DNA of 64,000 bases from Phoronis australis (taxonomy: Eukaryota; Animalia; Phoronida): contig NMRA01000032.1 in assembly GCA_002633005.1 (NCBI GenBank), forward strand, positions 1,465,999 through 1,529,998. Direction: 5' to 3'. The notes under the pieces were generated by a model that did not search any database, had not been told where the DNA came from, and saw nothing but the letters and a program-made list of their open reading frames with translations. The translations under genes and the position numbers were made by a program. Below, one piece after another: positions 13,741 through 24,477 of this stretch (position 1 is its first letter; each line of letters begins with the position of its first letter).

Positions 13741-14948
13741 CTATTGCAACTGGACTAAGAAATTCAGTGATCCATTTTCTTACTACTTCAAATACACGTC
13801 CAAGTTTGCATTTCTGCATACAAGAGCATTTTCCAATGCATCGACATCTAAAAGTTCGAAATCAAATATCAGATCAAATTAAATGATGAAAAAATTTATT
13901 TCAAGTAAATTGTACGAGATATAAATGCACAACAGTGTAAGATTAAATGTAACAAAAACATATCGAACATACTTTTGACTAGCGAAAGCTACATAAAAAT
14001 TACCAAAATTTTTGTCTGTGCTATTTCCATAATGGTTACCAAAATTACTTAATAAATTACAATATCAAAATACTTGGTCTTAAAATGTTTTTAGACTTTG
14101 AGACAATGACATCTTAGTGTCTTTAATCAAGATAAATTAAACCTGTAAGGGACTCTGTAATTTTTGTATTACCATAATCGTTCGGGTTAACGCCCATGTT
14201 CAGTTAACCGCCCATCCCCGACTTTAAGTGGATTTCCGATTTAACCGCCCACTGCTCGGTTAACCGCCCTCCCCGGATTTTTTGGGTTCGCCAATTTAAC
14301 CGCCCAGGGCGTTAACCCGAACGATTACGGTAATTAAATCCATGATCAAGTGTTTTCAATATCAAATAACTACCTACACTTTGTAGAGTTATGTAAAGTA
14401 ATAAACTAAGTACACTGAATNCTATTGCAACTGGACTAAGAAATTCAGTGATCCATTTTCTTACTGCTTCAAATACACGTCCAAGTTTGCATTTCTGCAT
14501 ACAAGAGCATTTTCCAATGCATCAACATCTAGAAGTTCGAAATCAAATATCAGATCAAATTAAATGATGAAAAATTGTATTTCAAGTAAATTGTACGAGA
14601 TATAAATGCACAACAGTGTAAGATTAAATGTAACAAAAACATATCGAACATACTTTTGACTAGCGAAAGCTACATAAAAATTACCAAAATTTTTGGCTGT
14701 GCTATTTCCATAATGGTTACCAAAATTACTTAATAAATTACAATATCAAAATACTTGGTCTTAAAATGTTTTTAGACTTTGAGACAATGACATCCTAGTG
14801 TCTTTAATCAAGATAAATTAAACCTGTAAGGGACTCTGTAATTTTTGTATTAATTAAATCCATGATCAAGTGTTTTCAATATCAAATTACTACCTACACT
14901 GTATCACTTTGTAGAGTTATGTAAAATAGTAAACTAAGTACACTGAAT
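13741..14948. repeat. Tandem duplication (13741-14420 vs 14422-14948) joined by a single N
   Basis: Near-identical copies both starting CTATTGCAACTGGACTAAG and ending TACACTGAAT, with a few SNPs and indels; N at 14421. Confidence 0.9.
14172..14330. mobile_element. 159-bp Tc1/mariner-superfamily-type MITE with TA target-site duplication
   Basis: TIRs CCATAATCGTTCGGGTTAACGCCC / GGGCGTTAACCCGAACGATTACGG, TA on both sides, internal TTAACCGCCC repeats. The duplicate copy shows the empty site (TGTAT-TA-ATTAAATC near 14850). Confidence 0.92.
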
Positions 14949-15737
14949 TACTGAGAATTTCATGAAACGAATCTGTAATAAAAGTAACCACTAGCCAAAC
15001 AAATCATGCACATGTTCTCTTTTTTGACTCCCATGATGATTTGTCATTGTCATCGTGTTATAAAAACCATTTTCTGCATCGGGATGAAATTCATTTTGAA
15101 ATTTTGAGCCAATTTTCCAACACAGATGCATTCTTTGCACAAGCCATTGGTCACAAAAACAATACAGGCCCAAGTAACCTATTAATGGCAACACTAGCTT
15201 GAAAAATGGAGTGCCCTACTTCATTGCCCCTGCAGGGGTGTCAACATACAACCTAAATTCACATTGGTTCTACCACAGACTTCTTTGTCACACAAGTTCA
15301 TGATTCTACTATTCACAATTCAAATTGAAGAAAATTATGAAAAAGTTCGACAACCACTTTCAAAAGCCTCAGACACTGTGTTAAGAGACAAAACTTCTAA
15401 TTGCTGCATTTAAAAAAAAAACGAGTTTGACTGGTTGGCAAATTCAAAATTATGTCTACAAGTCATCGATAAAGTTGTCATTTGCTTAAATTTTAAGAAA
15501 TAACAATACTCCAAAAATCTACAACTAAATTCTTAGTAATGATCACCACAATGAAAATTACATCGTACAGTCTGAAAGTGACAAACAGTGTAATATAATG
15601 CCATCATGTGATATCCCTTATTCTCAAGCATGCAACAAACCCTGTGTTAAAAGTAGGTAATGAACACATTTCACAAGAAATTCATCAATATAAAGCAACA
15701 CTGAAAACACAAGATTTAATTTAGGAAAGAACTGATT

Positions 15738-15940
15738 GTTCACTATTTCTTCGGACCCCTACCTTGGTCCGAAGAAATAGTGAGAAAACGATAAAATTTC
15801 AGGTCACGTTTTATCGTCATTTCTTTGTATCAAGCCACGTTGGTCCGCAGAAATAAAAATAAAGAGATAAAATTTCAGGTCACAATATTTTATCGTTATT
15901 TTTTAGATTAAGATGGCTTGGTCCAAAGAAATAACGAACT
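15738..15940. repeat. Cluster of short palindromes (MITE-like)
   Basis: TCACTATTTCTTCGGACC...GGTCCGAAGAAATAGTGA hairpin plus two degenerate TTGGTCCnnAGAAATAA repeats. Confidence 0.55.
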
Positions 15941-16844
15941 CTCAGTTTTTTCCAAAGCTACAAATCACATCACATTTATTTCGACTAATGAACAATTTGA
16001 GACCAATTTTACAGCAGTATATGGCTAGTAAAACAAAACTTATTTTTCGACAGAAATCGGGAGTTTAGCAGCTGCTTTACGTATAAACTGCTATAAAGTC
16101 AAATACAACAAGAAGTGAAGAAACTGTCACAACAAATGGAAGCACTTCTTACATTCAACCTCCCCCATTCTAAAATACACTGCGTATAAATCAAATTTTG
16201 GTTTAAACATCTGATAAAACAACATTCTACACAAAAAAGATGAAGCGTGTTGATTAATTTGTAAATGAATATCAACTTTACGTTTTTGCAGATTAAGCAA
16301 TACAGTCCACTGGTATTCTAGATTATTTTGCAATAATTTAAGACTACGAATGAAAGTGTTGATTTCATTCAAACTAACTAACAAAATCCGACATTCTTGA
16401 TTGTTTTTCTTAAGTTTAAAGATTATACCCAACATTCGCCACACTGATGTCTGCTGAGGAAAAATATGTCTCGCATATAAATGTTTTTATGTCCTAGCAT
16501 CATTAAATGCACTTCTAAGCACTAGGAATTATTTGAAAATAATGATGATACTAGTTTAAACGAATATAATTTATATGTCACACGCAACATGTTTTTTGCA
16601 AGTAAACCTACCTTTCCTTATAATTTACAGGTTTCCCCTGGATTAGGCGCGGTGTTGACTTTAAGTTGATCAAAATATTAATGACGTCTATCAGAATATC
16701 CAAAAATTACATGCCCTACACGTAAATTTACAAAAACCTCTGACCAGCCTTAGAGAAAATGGTGCTGAATGGTGTTGAAGCAAGTAATCAGTGTAGTATC
16801 ACAGGACACAGGCCTCACAGCATTTCCAATGAGCAAGCATAAAC

Positions 16845-16950
16845 TGAGTGGAAGATGGTTGGCATGCATCAACCACATGCTTTGAGTGGAAGACGGTTGG
16901 CACACATCAACCACATACTGTGAGTGGAAGACGGTTGGCAAACATCGACC
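16845..16950. repeat. 38-bp minisatellite, about 3 copies, directly after the stop codon of the CS-domain gene
   Basis: Units TGAGTGGAAGAyGGTTGGCA...CATCAACCACAT start at 16845, 16883 and 16921. Confidence 0.9.
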
Positions 16951-16951
16951 A

Positions 16952-19900
16952 TCACTCCTGCTCTTCTTCACTGAACGTCTCCAGACCTCCATCACTTAAC
17001 TCACGAGCCCACGACTTATCTTCCTTTTTGTGCAGAAATATCACCACCTGATCTTTTTTAAGCTGAGAAGTAAAAAATTTTACAATAGCATATTAGTTTG
17101 ACAGAACAGGTAGATGTCAAAACTTTCAACAGAGTGAACAGAAAGTATAGTGGTGATGGTGGTGATTGTGGTGGTGGTGATGACGGTGAAGACGATGGTG
17201 GTGGTGATAGTGGTGTTGAAGATGGTGGGTAAAAATGGTGGTGGTGATAAAGGTGTTGGTGGTGATGAACATGATGAAGGTGGTGACGGGTGATGGTGGG
17301 TGGTGATGGCGGTGACGGTGATGATGGTGGGTGGTGACGANNTGATGATGGTGGGTGGTGACGACGGTGATGATGACGATGGTGGGTGGTGATGACAGTG
17401 ACGGTGACGATGGTGGGTGATGATGACGGTGATTGTGACGATGGTGGGTGGTGATGACAGTGATGGTGAGGATGATGGGTGGTGATGACAAAGATGATAG
17501 AGCTGGTAGTGAAGGTAATGATGGCAGATGAAATGGTGATTGTGGTGGTGATGGTGGTGGTGATGATGGTGCCATCAAGTGTTAGCTGAGAAGTAACCGT
17601 TTTGTTACCTACTGGTGCTCAAAGGCAATGTAGTAAGCCATTTATCTCCTACAAGCTGAATAAGAAACAGGAACAAATCAGCAAATCTTTACCTTATAGC
17701 GACATTTCTCAGGAAGAATTTCACCTGGAAGCTTTTTTACACTGTAATGGTACCTTTCTGCTACTGTCTTATTCCTGATAATTGACAAGTCTAGAGAGAA
17801 AGACCTAAAATAAAAAGAGTAACACTGATCATGTTATTTCCCTACCCCACAAACCAAATTCCAATGAGTGGAATTTCAAAGCTTGTGTTTTAGCTATTCC
17901 GCTTATCACCAATAACAATTAATGTCTTAAAGCCACATTTCGTTCTGTTGGGTGACTAAAGAACAAAAAACAAATTAGTCTTGAGTAAATTACCAGGGGC
18001 GGATCCAGGATTTTTAGTTAGGGGGGGGGCAGGTATTAGCCAGGATTTTGCTCGTCAGACATTCGCACCCCCCAATTTCCAAATGGAATCTGGGAGAGTT
18101 TTAGGGGAGGCCATGGCCCCCTTGGCCCCCCTCTAAATCCGCCACTGATTACTCTCATAAAACTGAAAGGATCCCATTTTTCATTACCTACAAGAACACA
18201 TAGAAACCATCAGCAACTCAAGAAAATCCTTCAGACTTTATTGGGGTTGGTCAACACTAATGCAAATTCGAAAATACTAGCACATGCTGCATTGCCTGTG
18301 GGTTGAGTTGGTAACAGAAATGGAATTCTATCACGGAAGGGAATATTATGTCAGTGACATTTTATGAGAGTAACGGCCTATCATTTTTAGTCAGCTAAAC
18401 AGGGTGCAATGTAGACTGTTACCGTAGATCCAGTTTGAAGCTGTAACTAACCACAAATATTTTCTCAATCCCTATGATAGCTAACGATGTAAACCTTTGT
18501 CCTACTTACAAATATTTGTTGGATATGACCTTTGTTAATATGGTACACCCAACAGAAAGCTATATTGATAATTCCGGCAATCAATACTTTAAAAATTCAG
18601 GAGATTGTAAAACTGTCATGACCAAAAAGATACTTTAGGTGAAAAACAATAAAAAAGGAATTCACTAACAAAGCAAACTCACCTTTCTTCAAATTTCGGG
18701 GACTCTATTTTGAAATTTGCGGGTTTGTTCACAAGATTTAGGCCTTTCTTTACAGCAAGCCCTGGTATAACAACAGTGACACGTATCAACGGGCCCTCAT
18801 CATCTGACGTAACTGAAAATCAATAAAAAAATCTAAAGGCTGCACGCATAACAGAACTTACAACATACAATGTATGAGTAGCTTCTAGGAATCCACTATT
18901 CAGTCAATGACGGATTGTCAGTCATGACTGACACTGCTAGCAAAGGCATAGCAGTACACTTAAAGGGACACATTAAAGTTTTAGGGCCAAAAAAGCATTT
19001 TGGGGGATGTTGTAGTATACTAGTCTCAGTTGAATGGTAGAATTTCATTTCTATTTTTAAAGCAGCAATTTTGAATTCAATCATGACAATCATAAAAAAT
19101 CTATTTTTGATAGCCCCCTCGTGCAAAAGTGGGACATTTTAAAAACAATGAATTCCTAGTGCATAAAGCTTACTGGTAGTATCTGAAAGATTTATGTGAA
19201 TCGGAACAGCCATTTCTCAGATTTGGAGTACCATATCTCAGTGAGATATGGTGTTCCAAATTTGGACATTTTTCTAGGACCCTACATACCCTTAATATGA
19301 AGGAATGCTTTGAAACCTATTTTACTGCAATACAAGTAAATGATCTTTAGTTGTCTAAATCAAGTGTTCTGCGGATGAAATGTGGGCCCTTTAGGAACTG
19401 TTTAATTGCGGTGCACCATCCATGATGACATGTGGGGCACAGCCAAACTGGCTACATACTGACCATCAAGCAAAAGCTGGAAACAGCAATTATCTATACA
19501 AAGCTGATCAATTAATTATGGTGGAGTTGAAGAGAGCGACAATCTCATGTGAAGAATTAGTTAAATGACATCTAAATTGGTCATTTCAGCTGAAATCATA
19601 GACAGCTAACCCAATTTGCCCTTCTACAACTTCAAAGGAGCTGTCTATTAACCAGTCGGTAGGAAACAAGAAGGGATTTCAGATTTTGGAAACCAGTTTC
19701 CTCCACTCAATCAAGGCGATCAAAATGGTTCTCAAACTAGCTGACAACAGTGACTATAGTGTCAAAGCTTAATGGATAAGAAATAGTTTTGTTTGTGTCT
19801 CAGAACCTTAATACTGCAATGTGTCACCAAGCTAGTGAACTATTTTGGACAGTGTCAAAATAGTCCGACGCTGAGCCCTCAAACAAATTCGTAACCATTC

Positions 19901-21957
19901 AAAAAAAAAAAAAACAGTCTGATTTCAACTCCGTCCAGACGGCTAGTCCAGATATCAATCGGTGTCTCCATGCTATTTTGTCAGCCAGAGGATCATAACT
20001 CTTGTACACATATTTGCCATGATTCATTGCCAATGAATGGTTTGTGTTCAAATGTGTTATAACTTAACTTTTATTTTTAGCAGCTGAGAGCACAGCCCAG
20101 TCAGGCTAGTTACTGGAGATTAGAGCAATTATCGAACAAAAGAGAGCTGGCCCTCTAACCATAAATTCCAGAATGTAGTTAATCAGTCGTGTAAGATATT
20201 GGGTACAGGGGTGTTCTTCCCAACTTGTTGTTGGGCTATAAAATTGAACAAGTTGGGAGCAACGGGAAAACGCTGTAATGGACCTCACAATCCAAGTAGG
20301 TCAATCTTGTTTTTGTATTCTGCAGATGCGGATGGCATGGTATGTGCTACTTGTCTAACCAAAACAAGAAAGAAAATAACAGAGAACATTTAGGACAACT
20401 TTTATTAGTTGTCATGTACTTTAATATGCGGCTTCAACTGAGATGCATGAGTGGGTGATTAGTCTGAGCAAGGCCGAGCAATTTTGTTCATGATGGATTA
20501 CATAATTATTGAGAAGTCCACCACACTTTTCAGGGAACTGGTCGAATATGGTGATTCTTGATTTAGAGAACCATTTTCAACCACTAAGTAACGGGCCCGT
20601 TATTTACTAGTAGTAACCGCCTGGTTCTCTGTGAAATACGGGACTGGCTTTATCCGAGGACCGGCAGTGCCTTTTCAGATTCTGCCCTCATGAGCACACA
20701 CATTAAATCTGTCATATTCCCCATACGACAACTAAGAATGGTTCTTATCAGTTGGGTATTACAGTAGCTTTTCTCGTTTGAGGATTAGGGAACAGAGATG
20801 GACCGTGTCAGTCGGATAATCACCGCAACAATTGCAAAAAAAGTCTTTTTATGGGACCTTAAACATCGGAACTCCTGCAACTGGTCAAATTCAATATTTA
20901 AAATTATGGAGAAGTGCGACTTTTTAGAAAATTTCAGGAACAAACAAGTTGTGTCTCTCGAAAACTTCAGAACATTCAGGTTCCAGTTAGAAGAGTTAAA
21001 TTGGTTAAAAATAATCACTGAGAAACCAAAACTGTACTTATATAGATCTATGATTAAGAATGACTATTGTGTAGAACAGTATTTATGTCTGCCGGTGTCT
21101 CAGAGGTCCGTCATAGCTCGATCGAGAGCAGGTATTCTACCATTAGAGGTTGAGGTGGGGCGGTACTTCGGAATTCATGTGACTAAATGAACGGATTTGT
21201 CGTGTATTTGTAAAAAAGGAATTGAAGATGAAGTTCATTTCATTTTTGATTGCGAAAAATATACTCACATTCGACCATATTTTTTACGGTGTTCTGCCCT
21301 ACCTCAAATATTCCAAAATAACTTGAAAGGTCTAGCGAAATTCATTCAAGACGCTTTGCAGGTTAGAAGTAATTGTTTGTTTATAAACTAGTCTGAAGTG
21401 GTCATATTTGAGCTAGTGCAATTTGTTATGTAATGATTTAATAATTATTAGGTGACTGAGTAAGCCCATTGAGGCTTGGGGGTGTGGTGAATGATCTGTC
21501 TTTGATATTGTATTTACTGGTACCCTTATGTCACTATAATAAATAAAAAATAATAATAATAACAAAATGTAACATTGGAATTTCTTTGACATTCCAAAAC
21601 CGGTATGCAAATGTCGACAAGTGTGGGGACAATTGACTCCTCAGTGACTCAAACTATACAGTGATATGGACCGCCCATAAGGCAGTACAATATGAGTCAT
21701 AACGCTAGAGCACTATCTCCTCACCCGACCTCAGCCCAGGCTTATACCGGCCGGTGCCCATTCGTTGAGACACTCATGGGCGTGGCATTTTTCATTTGCT
21801 TTATTCAACGATTTAGATAACAATGTGCTAATCAGTGTATGTTTGATATTTATTTATTCACGTAATTTACTATTACACCATAACCTCAAGCATACAAACC
21901 TCCCAGGGGCGATCGAACATCTAAGGTTGCCTTGTCGTCTTCTGTGGTAGCCGCCAT
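16952..21957 (-). CDS. Small CS (p23/HSP20-like fold) domain protein, 136 aa; exons 21957-21900, 18812-18683, 17804-17693, 17062-16952
   Basis: Four GT-AG exons with matching phases give MAATTEDDKATLDVRSPLGVTSDDEGPLIRVTVVIPGL...KFEERSFSLDLSIIRNKTVAERYHYSVKKLPGEILPEKCRYKLKKDQVVIFLHKKEDKSWARELSDGGLETFSEEEQE*. The FxERSFxL / LxxxIxPExxxYK / VxIxLxKxxxxxW pattern is typical of CS domains (CacyBP/SGT1-like). Strong Kozak context ATCATGGCG. Confidence 0.82.
17146..17575. repeat. (GGT/GAT)n low-complexity repeat in intron 3 of the CS-domain gene
   Basis: Degenerate trinucleotide array containing an NN gap; accounts for the His/Pro/Thr-rich pseudo-ORF 17126-17578. Confidence 0.9.
17994..18147. mobile_element. 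MITE, CAGGGGCGGATCC family, 5-bp TSD ATTAC
   Basis: Ends CAGGGGCGGATCCAGG...TAAATCCGCCACTG with ATTAC on both sides; homologous inverted copy at 28356-28510. Confidence 0.88.
20798..21562 (+). mobile_element. 5'-truncated, decayed LINE (CR1/L2/Crack-like) 3' end
   Basis: ORF2 C-terminal motifs KPKLxxY, RAGILPLEVEVGRY and CxxC...EDEVHFIFDCEKY with a stop/frameshift, then a 3' UTR ending in an AATAAATAAAAAATAATAATAAT tail. Confidence 0.85.
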
Positions 21958-22243
21958 GATTGTTATTATTAAATCCTGCCCTCTAGTGTCTGTGTTAGTT
22001 AGCAACGTTCAAGGAAACATGAGGCCTGGATGAGGAAAGTCACTGGGAGTACACCCATAGAAGAGGTATACGGGACCATGCCGCTCACATGTGTGACTTT
22101 TTCGCGACCATAAGAAAGGGTACCTTTTCCGTAAATATAACAAACAAAGGTTGATCATTCTGATTCAATTTCCTAGAAAGGTTAACCTATAGCCGTCAGT
22201 GAGGAAAACATGAGGTTCCCTTTTCCACACTACACGGAACATA

Positions 22244-23187
22244 TAAGGCGATTTTTTCAAATGAGACTATCTTATTTAGTCTCAAAGTGTGCGAAACGGT
22301 TCCGCACTTTTTTATATCCACTTAGGCCCATAAAAATGGTATGAAATAAATCTATACTTTACCATAAACATATTTACAGTGTTACATTTTTATTTCCTCC
22401 ATTAGCATTTTCTTAATTAGAAGTTTAATTTTTGCCATGCGGAATATTCGACACTGACTGCGGAATATTCAGCAAACTTTGCGGAATATTCCACACTGAC
22501 AAACTATTGTTTGCGGAACGGTTCCGCAACTGTCACATTGATCAACTAATTATTATTAGGATTGTCACCTGAAGTGGTTTTGAGTATGGAATGCACTTTA
22601 ACTTTACTAATTGGCCACGAGAATTGAAAAAATTGACTGCTCGAAAAAAACTATTCTGTTTGCGGAATCGTTCCGCGCATGGAACCATTTTGCAACCATC
22701 ACATTGATTAGTTATTGAGAGTGGGCACATTATACTTCCAAGTGTTATTGAGAATGGGATGTAATTCATGTTTATTGGGCCAGGAGAAAATTAAAACTTT
22801 TAGTCCTGTGTTAAACTTTTCTGTTTGTGTAACCCTTCTGCAACTGTCACATTGATTTTTAAAAATAGATAATTATTTCAATTATCATTCCACAAAATAT
22901 ACATAATATTTCGCAAGTCACAGTTTTCCACAAAACTTACGCAGTATTCTGCAAGTGCGTAATATTCCGCAAAATTTGCGTAATGTTCTGCAAAATGTGC
23001 GGAATATTCCGCAAGGCAAAAATTGAACTTCTAATTAAGAAAATGCTAATGGAGGAAATAAAAATGTAACATTGTAAACATGTTTAGGGCAAGGTATAGA
23101 TTTGTTTCATACCATTTTTATGGCCCTAAATGGATATAAAAATTGCGGAACCGTTCCTCACACTTTGAGACTAAAAAAATCGCCTTA
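22244..23187. mobile_element. ~940-bp non-autonomous DNA transposon with ~200-bp terminal inverted repeats
   Basis: Left TAAGGCGATTTTT...TAGTCTCAAAGTGTG...CCTCCATTAGCATTTTCTTAATTAGAAGTT mirrors right AACTTCTAATTAAGAAAATGCTAATGGAGG...CACTTTGAGACTAAAAAAATCGCCTTA; internal GCGGAATATTC repeats. Confidence 0.88.
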
Positions 23188-24477
23188 CATCTACAAAACA
23201 AGGGTTTTATGCTATCAATCTTTTTTCCTAAATTTCGTTGAAAACATGTATTCCTTTTTATTTTAGGTTTACTGATTTAAAAAAAATCGCTTTGCAGAAA
23301 GGGCTGCCCTGTTTAGCTGCTTCGTCAATTCCGACACTGAGTCCGATGACGGAGTCAGGCCTACCCTACCCGGCCGAGAAAATTGTACCGCGGCTTTCGC
23401 GATGTCACCAAAGATACTGTTTAATGTCACTGACTGTGCTAAGATGGATGACTTAAAGTGAAATTATCAGCGACAAAAGTGGTTTTCTGAAATAAGCTCC
23501 TTAATTGGACCGATCCGGAAACTTCGTGTTCGAGCAACTAAACGTTCTGCTGACGAGGCGAAATGATCACTCCGGCGATAAAAAGACAACAATATTTTTA
23601 AGCGTTCCTAGTGAAGTTACTCTTGGCCTTCATTTAGGTGAATATCTGGCAGACATCAGCGACATTTGGCTATTTGACATAAAATCACAAAAACAGATTT
23701 TTAGTTACAGCTCTGATCGAAGCTAACAAGTTCAAAAGTCTTTCCCGGCCAGCACTTGCCAACAATTATCTCAAAATGTATTTCCTGCCGTAAAAACGAC
23801 AACGTAGACTGGTGCCGTTAATAGCCACAGACTGTATAACTGAAGGAGTCTAGTTCACTCATTTCCACATACTGAAGCCAAATGAATATGTCCTTCCGTG
23901 GTGCGGTTCTCTTTTTCCTCGTGGTAAAAGTTCTGGGGTGCGTGGTAAGTGTTTTGTTTAGTGGAACGCAGTGGTATGACTAACTTAGCGGTTTGATTAA
24001 CTTACCGCATTTAGGGTTCCAGAGGGTCATATATAAAATAGGAAAATAAAATTAAATCCAGTTACTTGAAAATATTAGGGAAAAAGGTAAAGTGACCGGG
24101 ACAAAAAGAGAATTTGAATTAGCCAGCGAATCTTCTATGGACGTGTGTATTGCTTAAGTCGACAGACGCCTTTCTCTGAATTTATGACTACAATTGCAAT
24201 AAGTATCCGTTTTACTTAATTCTAAAAAGAAAAGCTACCTTCGGCAGAAAAAAGTAAGGGTCTCACTTCCTTCCAGAATGTGTACCTTAGATCTCTCAGA
24301 CGGTGCGTTAGATGTCTCGGCAGTGTGTTTATTACTGTGTATCCGTTGTCGGTTGCGTGACAATGTGTTATGCATAAATAATAGGAATGTCGGGTGCATT
24401 AATTAATGATACGATGATTCTTCCTAGACTTGCGCAGCAAAACTAGACGTTGTTAACAAACTAATAGCAAATCTAAC

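Noticed and set aside
17126-17578. 150-aa His/Pro/Thr-rich ORF
   Set aside because: Translation of a trinucleotide repeat inside an intron, containing Ns and drifting between repeat frames.
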